Shown: positions 38,406-52,349, counted from the whole stretch's first letter. The stretch: 62,966 bases of DNA, filler included, from Octopus bimaculoides (GCF_001194135.2; 8 parts of 7 records of this genome joined end to end with filler, not necessarily neighbours in it), one strand, 5' to 3'. Numbers and translations are program-made. The notes: generated by a model not told the origin, from the sequence alone.

Positions 38406-38501
38406 TCATATGAAACCATATGATCAACCATATGATCGAGTTGACAACTTTCCTACTTCAAACAAAAGAATGCCATAAAATGACTTCATTTGGCACACAC
38501 A

Positions 38502-38565
<64 letters not shown>

Positions 38566-38947
38566 AGGTAAAACTTCAGTATGAATTGTATCATTTCTTG
38601 AATTATATCATAGTATATTTAGTGCGTACACTCAGATGTAGAACTTCTAACATAATGTAATAAAGTGTTCCTTGATGATCTGTTGTGGTTCAATATTCAA
38701 TTGCACTTGGAATATCCAATGCTAATAACCAGAATGGAGAAACGTACGTAGGGAACTAGGGAGCAATTCATATAAACTTGAGTTTACATTAATCTCTCAT
38801 ATACATACATACACACATACATACACACATACATACACACATAAATAATACACACACACATAATACATACACACACATATTCATATATACATACATACAT
38901 ACATACATACATACATACATACATACATACATACATACATGCATACG

Positions 38948-39022
<75 letters not shown>

Positions 39023-39534
39023 GAATGGGGATAATGCATATATTTTCAAATTTTCCAGGTGTTCCATGACAAGTATTGCTACTCCTGTTTATTTTGCCTA
39101 ATCAATGTAAAGAATATATTATTGCATTTAATAGTTTTCAACACTCAATAGCCACATCAAAACATAAACTTTTACATACCAATATTATTGGTAGTGATGA
39201 AGGTTCTGCAATCTAGCATTTACCAGATTTCAGCTTTGTTCTATTCCCAAGCTCAAAATAGATCATTAACCTGTACAGTAGTGTAATAATATCAATAGTA
39301 AAATTATGTGCACATCAAAGTATTATTTTCCATGTATGATCGTCGGTGACATAGAGTGTAAAGGAGTAAAGTGGCTTGTATTGCTAGCCCTTTACATTGC
39401 GTCATGTGCATCTGCTGCCATTACTGCTGTTATTTATTCCTCACGATCACATGTCCATTTGCGCTATTTTTTTGTTTTGTTTTGTCAAGTGTTCTAGGTA
39501 GCCAGTACGAACTTTTGAGTCGATTTCCATCCAC

Positions 39535-39908
39535 GGCGCAATGGCCCAGTGGTTAGGGCAGCGGACTCGCGGTCGTAGGATCGCGGTTTCGATTCCCAGA
39601 CCGGGCGTTGTGAGTGTTTATTGAGCGAAAACACCTCAAGCTCCACGAGGCTCCGGCAGGGGATGGTGGCGAGCCCTGCTGTACTCTTTCAACACAACTT
39701 TCTCTTACTTCCTGTTTCTGTTGTGCCTGTAATTCAAAGGGTCAGCCTTGTCACATTCTGTGTCACGCTGAATATTCCCGAGAACTACATCAAGGGTACA
39801 CGTATCTGTGGAGTGCTCAGCCACTTGCACGTTAATTTCACGAGCAGGCTGTTCCGTTGATCGGATCAACTGGAACCCTCGACATCGTAAGCGACGGAGT
39901 GCCAACAA
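39535..39908 (+). mobile_element. SINE family B, full length
   Basis: A box tggcccagtgg, anticodon-like loop gactcgcggtc (TCG, Arg-like), B-box-like ggtttcgattcc, tail gccaacaa. Confidence 0.9.
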
Positions 39909-40460
39909 GATAACTTGTGTTATAAACCTTAGTTTCCCTATTCGTACATATGTTGTTTTGAATTAAAAATCTTTAATTAGTATTTATATGTACCCTTCGT
40001 TTTTTTTCTTCTTGAAAGTGGTTTACAGTAGACACATAGTTCAATAGCCGTAGTTAATTCAGTCCACTTTTCAGTCTAAGAGTATAATTAACTGTATTCT
40101 ATATATTTACAGATAACTTCATTTACACCTGAGTTTCATAGAATAGAAATTTATTTTCAAATATCTGAATTCTTTGAACAAAACCCCAAATAAATTTTAT
40201 TCGCTTCATATTTTGGGCAGAAAAACGAAAAGGTATTTTTTATGGTTGAAAGCCGTTTGGGTTATTTTGATTAGCAGTTTAAGATGGCTATCTGGTCTAC
40301 AGCAGAATTCTCAAAAGAATTCTGCCCACTCTTCCTGTCTATTTACTAGATATATTTTATTTCATGGGCTACTTTTAATAGCATCTGAGCATTAAAATAT
40401 TATATATATTGGTTTTTTAACCCAATATTTATCTACTTCGAGTACCTGCGTTAAAAAAGA

Positions 40461-40491
<31 letters not shown>

Positions 40492-40821
40492 TTGCAAGAT
40501 TTTTTATGTGAAATCGTGTGTTGAAACAGATGTTGTTGTACTTGGGGATGGTCATATTGCCAGTTTAGCCAATAAAAACACACGCACTGTATATTTGGTG
40601 TTAATTNNNNNNNNNNNNNNNNNNNNNNNNNNNNNNNNNNNNNNNNNNNNTTAATTAATTAANNNNNNNNNNNNNNNNNNNNNNNNNNNNNNNNNNNNNN
40701 NNNNNNGTGTGAGTGCACGCATGCGCGTGTATGTGAGTTTTATATATATGTGTATGCATGTATAAGTATATATGTGTGAGCGTGCGTGTATGCATGCATG
40801 AACGTATGTTTAATGCATATA

Positions 40822-41024
40822 TACTCTTTTACTTGTTTCAGTCATTTGACTGCGGCCATGCTGGAGCACCGCCTTTAGTCGAGCAAGTCGACCCCGGGAC
40901 TTATTCTTAGTAAGCCTAGTACTTATTCTATTGGTCGCTTTTGCCGAACCGCTAAGTGACGGGGACGTAAACACACCAGCATCAGTTGTCAAGCAATGCT
41001 AGGGGGACAAACACAGACACACAA

Positions 41025-41055
<31 letters not shown>

Positions 41056-41227
41056 CATATATACGACGGTCTTCTTTCAGTTTCCGTCTACCAAACCCAC
41101 TCACAAGGCTTTGGTCGGCCCGAGGCTATAGTAGAAGACACTTGCCCAAGATGCCAAGCAGTGAAACTGAAGCCGGAATCATGTGGTTGGTAAGCAAGCT
41201 ACTTACCACGCAACCACTCATGCGCCT
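40822..41227 (-). mobile_element. SINE family A, full length
   Basis: Reverse complement of 4712-5118 end to end. Confidence 0.9.
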
Positions 41228-41780
41228 ATATATATATACTGCATGCATGTATGTATGTCATATTCGTGTGGGTTTGGTTAATAATTTTATTATAATATAT
41301 AGCATAACAAATAAGTAAACTTATATAAGGTCGAATATATGATATGTTTAACCTCAGAGCTTAACCTCAAATAAGGAGTGGTCTTATACAACAGTTCTTA
41401 GAAAAATTCTTGTTAAGTGGAAAACGAAGTTTGCCTTGTATTCTAATGTATAAGTAATTTAAAAGCTTCATTATAATCTGTGGTATTAATAATTATGAAT
41501 GTATTTAATATATTTACATTTCTAAAGACAATGCTTTTGTTTTTTCCCTTTCAATTCGTTTGCTACACTCCTAAGTACATTGTTCATAAGGTGACTTCTA
41601 TTCTCACGCCATCAAGTCTTTATACCATCGGCGCCAAGTAAATATGTTTTCAACTTTTACCGACTATAAATTCTTCTCCTTTTTAAGTTACATACAACTT
41701 TATTTGTGTCAGTTTAAAACGGAAAATAGGATTGTTATTGATAACACTACAGTTGAAAAAATGCGGCCCAGTACTAAAAC

Positions 41781-41781
41781 C

Positions 41782-41820
<39 letters not shown>

Positions 41821-42053
41821 GGTGGTGGTGGTGGTGGTGGTGGTGGTGGTGGTAGTATGGTGGTAGTGGTGGTAGTAGTAGTAGTGGTGGTGGTGGTAGT
41901 GATTATAGTAGTAGTAATAGTAATTAGTAGTAGTATAGTGGTATGGTGGTTGTGTTGGTGGTGGTTATAGTAGTAGTAGTAGTAGTGGTATGGTGGTGGA
42001 GGTGGTGGTGGTAGTAGTAGTAGTGGTGGTAGTGGTGGTAGTGGTTATAGTAC

Positions 42054-42097
<44 letters not shown>

Positions 42098-42182
42098 TAG
42101 TGGTATGGTTGTGGTTATAGTAGTAGTAATAGTGGTATGGTGGTGGTGGTGGTGGTTGTATAGTAGTAGTAGTAGTAGTAGT
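41781..42182. repeat. (AGT)n/(GGT)n compound low-complexity tract
   Basis: Direct reading. Confidence 0.9.
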
Positions 42183-42410
42183 GTTTACTTGTTTCAGTCG
42201 TTGGATTGCGGCCACGCTGTGGCAACGCGCTGAAGCATTTTAGTTGAAAAAACCGGCACCAGCATTTCTTTTTTTTTTTTTATCTTATTTTAATCTGGTA
42301 CATTTTCAATCGGTCTCTCTTGCGGGACAGCTAATAACGAGGACGTGAGCAAAGTAACACCGGTGGTCGAGCCTCGGTTGAGGTGTCAAAGACAGACACA
42401 CACACACTTA
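42183..42410 (-). mobile_element. SINE family A, degraded 3' half
   Basis: tttacttgtttcagtc...ggtctctcttgcgggacagcta...cagacacacacac. Confidence 0.65.
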
Positions 42411-42499
42411 TGTGTGTATGTATGTATGTATGTATGTATGTTACTTGCAATAGCCAGTTCTTTTGGTCAAACTATCGTATCTCCAGCTGCTTCAGAATT

Positions 42500-44180
42500 A
42501 AAGCAAGTTAAAGGATACTTCAATTTCATCACTGAAAGAGAAATCAAGATGTTATGCAACGCCTTTTAAAGGAAGAGTTCTAAAAGAGTTAGTCAAGAAT
42601 TCATTCGGAAAGCTAGACCTGAAACTTGGTAAAAATGTTGAAGAATGTTTCGGCGGCGCAGCAAATCATGTCTATTGATATCTGGCAAGAAAACTCACTG
42701 TTAATGTCCATTCTTATGAATACTTCCTAAGTCTTGCTTTCTAAGTTACAATGGCAGATATAGAGCTACTCTTAAATGCTAAAGAATTATTTAATGAGTC
42801 TCATGTTGCCAGCCGCAAGCGGTTTGCATTTTTCGGAAACGTTACGGTCGATAGAGAAAATCTGACGGACATTTAAATCTCATAGTAACATAATGGTCTT
42901 ATAGATATGAAGACACGAAGAAGTAAAAGACGTGGTGAAATAGTTTTTCTCACAAAAATAGTTCTTCATTTGACAAATGATCGCAATTTCGAAATATGCG
43001 GATAACAGCTCATTACCAAATACCATATGTGAGTTGAAATACTTAATTGGGTTGGTTTAAGTAAAAATACAGTCATGCAAAAACAACTTCAGAAAATACC
43101 AACAGAGAAATACTGTGGGTGTTACAACAGCTACAGAAACCGAGAAAACGTTTACAAACAGAAAAGAATGAAAGAGCATTTGAAAATGTCTGGAAATACA
43201 CTGAAACATTAGTTGGAACTATTAAAGACATTATCCAAGGCACACGATTGATTCTCATTCACGGAATCAAGAGTTTTACTGAGAAAAATGGCATCTCTAC
43301 AATTTGATTGCAAGTCCTGGTTGGTGAATCAATATCAGAGGCACCACGTGATCAAACTGGATCACTATATATCTTGTATGATTTCAGGCTAATCTCAGGA
43401 TATGATTATTGTGGAGATTCAATCGCAATTTAATGGTACTGACAAATACACACTTTGTGCATTCTGTAAAGTAACTTAAATCTCGGTGTTATCTCGAAGA
43501 GCAGAAATGATAACAAATTAGCTATTTAACGAAAGGCGCAGTGTTTATAATAAATAATAATTAGCACACCCAATCTAAATTAGATGTTGTTTAGAACGCC
43601 TTAAAATGCTGTAAATGTCCAGGAACGCCATGTCTTGTTGACAACACGTGCTAATTAAGCACCGACTATATTGCCTGACGAAATGATCGTCTGCACCGGT
43701 AGATGGCACCACCGTATCACGTGATTTCACTCTTAGTTGGAGATCATCAGTGATAGCCAGCCCCATACCTAATGCCAGAACGAAACTCAGTCGAACCATA
43801 CTATAGTATGGTCAAATCACCAGTGATTTCACGGAAAGCCTGTGGGCTACGAATAAATTAGCTATTAGCGACAGGAGCGGTATCTGTAATAATTTAGACA
43901 ATTTAGGTTGAATATGTTGTTTAGAACATTTTAAGCAACACATCCAAGTTAGTTTGGCCCTGCAAATTATTAAAAAAGACAACCTTACACAAAATCTATC
44001 AAGCACCGACTTCATGAAGTATATTACCAATCTTCAACAAAATTGTAGCCATTTTAACAACCGATCTTGCTTCAACGTGCTCTGCAGAGCACTCATTCTA
44101 TGACAGCAGATGAATGAAGATACGATTATGGATTTGAATGGGTCAAACGTGAATAAGCAGTACAGCAATACTAAATAATA
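42500..44180 (+). pseudogene. Decayed hAT transposase (ZMYM1/Tip100-like RNase-H fold plus dimerisation domain)
   Basis: Across stops: KLDL...EECFGGAAN (cf. GQCYDGAAN), NVHSYEYFLSL (cf. VHCYAHxLNL), ASRKRFAFF, KTRRS (cf. TRW), NERAFENVW, LPIFNKIVAILTTDLASTCSAEHSF (cf. PxTxxSAERSFS) at 44024-44098. Confidence 0.7.
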
Positions 44181-44227
44181 TGTTAAAGTATGTCAATATT
44201 TCCGTTGATAAAAATGTTGATCAAATA

Positions 44228-44860
44228 ATTCTTTCTACAATAAGTACACGGCCTGGAATTTCGGGGGAGGTTCTTGTCGTCTGCATCGATCTCAGTGCTC
44301 AACTGGTACTTATTTTATCAACCGCGAAAGGATAAAAGGTAAAGTCAATCTCGGCGGAATTTGAAACCAAAATGTAAAGCCTCAAATAATGCTGCACTGT
44401 ACATTGTCCAGCGTGCTAACGATTCTGCCAGCTAGCTGCCTTGGTTGACCAAATAATAACCGATATCTGTGCAGCTAAGAAACGTATAAGATATTTCTTT
44501 TAAGGTGTATATTCAACAGTCTAATCTGTAGTGTGCTTATGAATAACAATAATAATAATTATAATAATAATTTCAAATTTTGCCTCAAAGGCAGCCATTT
44601 GTGGGAAGAGGAGAGGTCGATTACATCGATCCCAGTGTTTCACTAGTACTTAATTTATCGACCCCGAAAGAATGAAAGGCAAAGTCGACCACGGCGGAAT
44701 TTGAACTCAGAACGTAAAGACGGACGAAATGCCAGCGAAGCAGTTTGCCCGGCGTGCTACCGATTCTGCCAGACAGTTAGCTACCTTAGTTGACCAAATA
44801 ATAACTGATATCTTTGGAGCTGGGTTACGTATAAGATATTACTTTTAAGGAGCAAATTGT
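44228..44860 (-). mobile_element. Two SINE family C copies duplicated with shared flank (~345 bp period)
   Basis: Both followed by ttgaccaaataataac(c/t)gatatct...acgtataagatatt (44445, 44790). Confidence 0.8.
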
Positions 44861-45224
44861 GCGATTTGATAACTGTATATGGTCGACTGATATGAAACTT
44901 TAATAGAAATTTATATACGTATTTTTTTCTGTATACAATTCCGGATAAATCAGATATCTGCCCGCTTTTAAACAATAAGCTCTACACGGCTATGCTAAGC
45001 CTTTATCAGATAGTCTGATGATAACTTAGCAAGCCGAAATTTCGAAGTCACTGCCAATACTATTCTTATTAAAGAATAATAAATTAGTATGTGCTCTACT
45101 AAAAATACTGTGTTTTAATCTAAAGCTGCTTTTTATTATAACTTAACATAATAAAAGCTTAACTGTTTTTATGATAACATAAAAACAGCCGTTAATATGT
45201 ATGTGTGTGTGTGTGTGTCTATAT

Positions 45225-45266
<42 letters not shown>

Positions 45267-45272
45267 TATGTA

Positions 45273-45512
45273 TACTCTTTTACTCTTTTACTTGTTTCAG
45301 TCTTTTAACTGCGGCCATGCTGGAGCACCGCCTTTAGTCGAGCAAATCGACCCCAGGACTTATTCTTTAGAAGCCTAGTACTTATTCTATCGGTCTCTTT
45401 TGCCGAACCGCTAAGTTACGGGGACATAAACACACCAGCATCGGTTGTCAAGCGATGTTGGGGGGACAAACACAGACACACAAACACATACATACATATA
45501 TATATACATATA
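45273..45512 (-). mobile_element. SINE family A, 3' half, low divergence
   Basis: Near-identical to 14881-15100; gap starts in the internal microsatellite. Confidence 0.9.
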
Positions 45513-45989
45513 NNNNNNNNNNNNNNNNNNNNNNNNNNNNNNNNNNNNNNNNNNNNNNNNNNNNNNNNNNNNNNNNNNNNNNNNNNNNNNNNNNNNNNNN
45601 NNNNNNNNNNNNNNNNNNNNNNNNNNNNNNNNNNNNNNNNNNNNNNNNNNNNNNNNNNNNNNNNNNNNNNNNNNNNNNNNNNNNNNNNNNNNNNNNNNNN
45701 NNNNNNNNNNNNNNNNNNNNNATATATATATATATATATATGCACATATAAATGAATATATATATATATGAACATATAAATGAATATATATATGTGTATA
45801 TATGTGTGTGTATGCATGTATGTATGTATGTATGTATGTATATGTAAGCTCATTTACATATAGGCATTGATACTCTTACAATAACAAACAATCAATCAAG
45901 AGAAAGAAATAGAAGCACAAAAAAAAATATCTTAATGCATTACACATTGCAGAGGAATGTTTGTGTGTGTACTGATAAAGTACGCCATT

Positions 45990-46122
<133 letters not shown>

Positions 46123-46468
46123 TTCATTTATTTGCCACAAGGGCCAAGGATGAGAGGGCCAATACAAAGACTTAGTGCGGGGGTTTACATATAATGATAA
46201 TAACAATAAACAAAAGAAGAATATGAAGAACATCAACAATAATACCACCAACAACAACAACAGCAACAACAACAACAACAACAGCAACAATGTTGCACAC
46301 TGTTTCCTTCGTAAACAAAATTCTAATGAAATATTCAACTAAATAGAAAATTAGTCACATTAAATGTTATTCTGCCTCCTTGTTAGACTGGTTCTAATTT
46401 CTCTCACGGATGTGTATATGCATGCGTGGGTGTGGGCGTGTGTGTGTGTGCATGTGTGTATTTTTGTA

Positions 46469-46530
<62 letters not shown>

Positions 46531-47068
46531 NNNNNNNNNNNNNNNNNNNNNNNNNNNNNNNNNNNNNNNNNNNNNNNNNNNNNNNNNNNNNNNNNNNNNN
46601 NNNNNNNNNNNNNNNNNNNNNNNNNNNNNNNNNNNNNNNNNNNNNNNNNNNNNNNNNNNNNNNNNNNNNNNNNNNNNNNNNNNNNNNNNNNNNNNNNNNN
46701 NNNNNNNNNNNNNNNNNNNNNNNNNNNNNNNNNNNNNNNNNNNNNNNNNNNNNNNNNNNNNNNNNNNNNNNNNNNNNNNNNNNNNNNNNNNNNNNNNNNN
46801 NNNNNNNNNNNNNNNNNNNNNNNNNNNNNNNNNNNNNNNNNNNNNNNNNNNNNNNNNNNNNNNNNNNNNNNNNNNNNNNNNNNNNNNNNNNNNNNNNNNN
46901 NNNNNNNNNNNNNNNNNNNNNNNNNNNNNNNNNNNNNNNNNNNNNNNNNNNNNNNNNNNNNNNNNNNNNNNNNNNNNNNNNNNNNNNNNNNNNNNNNNNN
47001 NNNNNNNNNNNNNNNNNNNNNNNNNNNNNNNNNNNNNNNNNNNNNNNNNNNNNNNATATACATATATA

Positions 47069-47283
47069 CAGCTGTAGAAATGAGTTGCGACGTCACAGGT
47101 GCCAAGCTGTATCGGCCCCTTTGCCTTTCCCTTGGATAACACTGGTGGCTTGGAGGGGGAGGCCGGTATGCATGGGCGACTGCTGGTCTTCTATAAACAA
47201 CCTTGCCCGGACTTCTTGTGTCTTTGGGTGGGTAACTTTCTAGGTGCAATCCCATGGTCAGTCATGACCGAAGCGGGGGTCTC
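47069..47283 (+). mobile_element. Probable 3' part of SINE family D
   Basis: Starts cagctgtagaaatgagttgcg, the same cagctg at which the family D head at 55247-55376 ends; linkage is inference. Confidence 0.5.
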
Positions 47284-48451
47284 ATATATGTATATATATA
47301 TATATATATATATAACATACAGACACATACACACTCACACAGGCATAATTAAGTATTTTATGTATATACGTATGTGTATACATAAACATATACACACTTA
47401 TACAATTGGTAACAAGACACATATATTCCGTAGGGTAAAGAGATAAATTAGTCTTAATGAGGTATTTTTCCCCGAAAGTCCATAGAAAATGTTTATATAA
47501 ATTATGATTTATTCGAGATTCTGATAAAAGTTTATTCAGCGAAAGAAAAATATGGAAAAACTCACCTTGTGATACAAAATATGAGAAATTCATACATACA
47601 TACATACATACATACATACATACATAATGCATACATATATACATATATAGATACATATGCACATATATACCTAGGGACATATGCAAACACACAGACATAA
47701 CTCACATACATATATTAATTATATATATATATATATATATATAAACATATATATCTATATATATATATGTGTATATATATATANNNNNNNNNNNNNNNNN
47801 NNNNNNNNNNNNNNNNNNNNNNNNNNNNNNNNNNNNNNNNNNNNNNNNNNNNNNNNNNNNNNNNNNNNNNNNNNNNNNNNNNNNNNNNNNNNNNNNNNNN
47901 NNNNNNNNNNNNNATATACACACACACACACATACACACACACGCGCACGCACACATGTGTATGCGGTATTTCGCCTGTATTTACGTTTTGAGTTCAAAT
48001 TCCGCCGATGTCGTGTTTGCTTTTTATCCATTTCGGATCTATTCAATTTGACGTACAGATTATTTAATTAATTTATATATTTGCGCACATACGCTCACAA
48101 GCGAATAAAATTGATACTTTGTGTTTATAAGAATGGAGAGGTTACAATTAATTCATCCATACCATAAGATAAATTTATGTCTATTAATTTGGGTAACGAT
48201 AACTCAAATTCATTCTCACTGAATTGTGCAAAAGTGCATTTATAAGCATGTAAGCAGTTTGATAGTCTTTCAGAAATGTCATTAATGATCTTCTCATTAG
48301 TCCAGAGAATAGACAGGGATTCTTCGGAGCAAAAGCTGCATCTCCGTTATGCGTGGCGTATTATGAACCAAATTATATTTAATCCTATCATCATGAAGGC
48401 GCCACACAAATTCAGCCAAAGATGTCGAATGCCTCTTGTTAATGTTCCGGG

Positions 48452-48579
48452 TTCACAAGGCTTTGGTCGGCCCGATGCTATAGTAGAAGACACTTGTCCA
48501 AGGTGCTACGCACTGGGACTGAACATGGAACAATGTGGTTGGTAAGCAAGCTACTTACCACACAGCCACTCCTGCGCCT
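48452..48579 (-). mobile_element. SINE family A, 5' part
   Basis: tcacaaggctttggtcggcccg...ccacacagccactcctgcgcct. Confidence 0.9.
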
Positions 48580-48654
48580 ATATTCTTTTCAAAATTCGGC
48601 GGCGCACCTGAACTGAAAATATAACTAAAAGTATAGGGGAAAAAATTATATCCA

Positions 48655-48728
48655 GGTTACCCTGCGGCACACCTAGCATCGTCTCGTGACACATCAGTGT
48701 GCCGCAGCATACTGGTTGCGGAGCACTG
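48655..48728. mobile_element. hAT/Charlie-like terminal fragment
   Basis: ctgcggcacacc...gtgtgccgcag subterminal palindrome, TIR-like gttgcggagcactg, followed by ctctagac (NTCTAGAN-type target); partner end not found. Confidence 0.5.
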
Positions 48729-49154
48729 CTCTAGACCATTACTATAGTGTCGTCGTGGAGGAAGAAACCAGACAGCAACCCACAATGCTAAAGACGCGTC
48801 AGTGTGGTGCACAAAAGCTGGGGTGGAGGGGTAAGCCACCTCGACCCTCTGATGCAGATGCATCTATGACGGCACTAAGGTTGCAGAGTTTCCACTGGGG
48901 TGGTAGTTGAGGGTAGTTTTGTGGAATGTCCTGCTTCGTTGATGCTTCTAGCTCAACGAGGAGTGTGCTTTTTTTTCATGATGGTAATTTATTTTTTTAC
49001 TAGTGATTAGTTTTCTTCGCGGTTACCTGGTAAAACATACGCCTACAATACAGTTATACGCGTGCGCGCGCGCGTGCATGTAAGCATTTGTACAGACCGG
49101 ATGATGTAATGTGCTTTTTAATTTTCAGTAATTTGCAAAATGGAAAAACCCAAC

Positions 49155-49193
49155 ACCTGCAGCAGCAGCAGCAGCAACAGAAGCAGCAGCCGT

Positions 49194-49258
<65 letters not shown>

Positions 49259-49262
49259 TATG
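49155..49262. repeat. Compound (GCA)n(GTA)n microsatellite
   Basis: Direct reading. Confidence 0.9.
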
Positions 49263-49689
49263 CATTTCTGTTGCAGATAATAACAATGGTAACAAGACAA
49301 TCAACAACAACAACAAACCAACAGCGGCAACGTTAATAATAATTACAATGCGATCCGTTTCCCATGACTCAACAACGTGTGATTCAGAAATGTTTGATTC
49401 CCTCGCTTGCAGCCTTAACCTTTTATTTTAAACAAATAACAACTACAAAAACAACAAATTAAACCTGCGCCACACCCACCTCCTACCCGTTCTCTAGTAT
49501 CTACCTTGCTCCTACGTAATGGGATTTTTTTTTTTCTGCACGTATTTACATAAGGCTCTTAGCTAATAATATATTTTATCTATTTATAGACAAAACTTAA
49601 CCATATGTCAACAACTATTGATATGTATGTATATATGTATATGTGTGTGAGTGTGTGTGCGTGTGTGTGTGTGTGTATATGTGTGTATG

Positions 49690-49720
<31 letters not shown>

Positions 49721-50181
49721 TTTTGAGTCTTTGATTGGTTAAACGGTTTATCATGACACTAGATATGATCAACCAATAGTTGTGTAATATTAGACAGCAA
49801 TGTCCGCTATTTGAATTATTTCTTAAGACAACAAACAATGTACGCATCAGCTCTTAGGCTCTTTGTGTGCACATTTAAGTGTGTGTTTGTGTTTTTCTTT
49901 TGTTGGCCATTTTTTTTATATTGCCTTTATTTTTATTTTTGATTTATTATTCCTTTTATCCTGTTAAATTCCTCAGGTGAAGAAAGGGATGATCGTTAAT
50001 AAAAGAAATTACGAAATAATGTTGTTTTATTGCAATAGTTTAAGCAGCGTGTCACATATTGAACATCTTGGTTATAATTGCACATGTCTACTATTTAAAA
50101 GTTGATCTGTTCACTACAAATATATATATGCCTATATTCATATGTGTGCGCGTCTATTTGTCTATGTCTATATACAGCCGT

Positions 50182-50530
50182 GTGGAGGCGCAATGGCCCA
50201 GTGGTTAGGGCAGCAGACTCGCGGTCGTAGGATCGCGGTTTCGATTCCCAGACCGGGCGTTGTGAGTGTTTATTGAGTGAAAACACCTAAAGCTCCACGA
50301 GGCTCCAGCAGTGGATGGTGGCGAACCCTGCTGTACACTTCCACCACAACTTTCTCTCACTCTTACTTCCTGTTTCTGTTGTGCCTGTAATTCAAAGGGT
50401 CAGCCTTGTTACACTGTGTCACGCTGAATATCCCCGAGAACTACGTTAAGGATACACGTGTCTGTGGAGTGCTCAGCCACTTGTACGTTAATTTCACGAG
50501 CAAGCTGTTCCGTTGATCGAATCAACAGGA
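50182..50530 (+). mobile_element. SINE family B, near full length
   Basis: Colinear with 39535-39880; ends at a spacer. Confidence 0.9.
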
Positions 50531-50922
50531 NNNNNNNNNNNNNNNNNNNNNNNNNNNNNNNNNNNNNNNNNNNNTTAATTAATTAANNNNNNNNNNNNNN
50601 NNNNNNNNNNNNNNNNNNNNNNNNNNNNNNTATATATATATATAGATAGATAGATAGATATAGATATTATGTTAAACTGTCGTATGTCCAAACTTGGCCA
50701 AATGCGTTTTTTTCCAATATTTATTTTTGCTTGCAGTAGGCTGTTCTTTTGGTCAAACTATCGTATCTCCAGCTGCTTCAGATGCCAAGATAAGAAAATT
50801 GCCAAAGTGTAGTACAACGGTTTTATTGTGGAATGGTGAAACTATTTCTTCGTTTTCTGAAAAAGCAATGTTTTGGACTTACGACAGTTTTGCATAATAG
50901 CAACGATGTATATCTTTTATCC

Positions 50923-51327
50923 CTTGCTTGTTTTAGTTGTTATGCTGTGGCTATGCTGGGGCACCGCCTTGTTGAAGAATTTTTGTTCGAATTAATCGCC
51001 CCCAGTACTTTTTCTCTTTAAGCCTGATACTTATTCTATTGAAACCTGTTGCTGAACCGCTAAGTTACGGAGACGTAAACACACCAACACCGGTTGTCAA
51101 GCGGTGGTTGAGGACAAAAGCGCGCTCGCACGCACGCACGCACACACACAGACACACACACACACGACGGATTTCTTTCAATTCCGTCAACCAAATCCGC
51201 TCGTAAGGCTTTAGTCGGTCGGAGGCTATAGCAGAAGACACTCGCCCAATGTGGCACACAGTGGGACTGAACCCTAAACCATGTGGTTGGGAAGCAAACT
51301 TCTTATCACACAGCCACTCCTCCGCGT
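50923..51327 (-). mobile_element. SINE family A, full length, diverged
   Basis: Colinear with 40822-41227. Confidence 0.85.
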
Positions 51328-52113
51328 ATATATGTCATAGACAAGAGAGATAACTTGCATCCGATCCCATTACAAGAGCGATAGACACCGACGTTTCGGC
51401 ATTTTTGTGATTATATCCTAAATGTTGTAAGAACCATCTGCTGGTATGTCCCAACGTTTCATACCAAGGAAAAAACTCAAATATGAATGAGAAGCAGCCC
51501 GTGATATAAACAATATCGAACACTCATAAAGAAGGTATGTGCTTTGTCAGTTCGTGGGCAGGCTGCGAATGTAGGTGTAAGAGAATATATTATTACCAAT
51601 TCGCCTGGTGTTAAAACACCCTGGAAGTCACAGACAAGTGAGATAACTCGCATCAGGTCCCGTCACAGTAGCGATAGACATTGATGTTTCGTCATGTTTG
51701 TTACTTGTCAATACCGCGTACCCGAAGCGAGGCCGTGGTATGAAACGTTAGGACATACCAGCAGAAGGTTCTTACACCATTTTGCATATCATCATAGAAG
51801 GCGATTTAGATATTTGAGGCCAAATATGATAATTTAATAATACAAATCTAATTTAGTAAAAACCAAATGCAATATACGATTATTCTATGAATCCACCTTC
51901 AGCTTCGATGACTGTTTCGTTATGGGACTGAAATCGTTGACATACCTGCAATAAATGACCCCTGTTGTAATTTATCATAATCGAATAAATTCATGAGGAA
52001 AACGTACAGGCGGGAAGATTGTACAATGTAAATAGCAGAAAAACAAGAAACATGTTTGGAGAGTCTGTGAGCCTGTCAAGAATATGAGACAGTTTCTATA
52101 TTAACTTATGGTT

Positions 52114-52349
52114 GGGGCCGGTTTTAAGCCAATTTGACAGATTTGTTCAAATTGGTCCCCGCACACACGCTCGAGCAGAGGACGTTGTGATGAATTTTTA
52201 ATTTATCATTGCGACTAAACCCCTCAACACGTTTTGGCTGGGGCTGGCGTACTACACGAAGCATAAAACATCAATCTTCAACTTTTGTAGGGTGGAAGGC
52301 CCCTCTGACAATTCTCTAATTAGGCCTCGAACTTCCTAGAGCCGGCCCT
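52114..52349. mobile_element. Possible old hAT-type MITE
   Basis: Imperfect TIRs ggggccggttttaag / cctagagccggccct; flanking 8-mers ttatggtt / ttttgcta only 5/8 identical. Confidence 0.35.

Noticed and set aside
39535-39610. tRNA-Arg-like sequence (also other SINE heads)
   Set aside because: No complete cloverleaf or acceptor stem; continues into SINE body and is multi-copy
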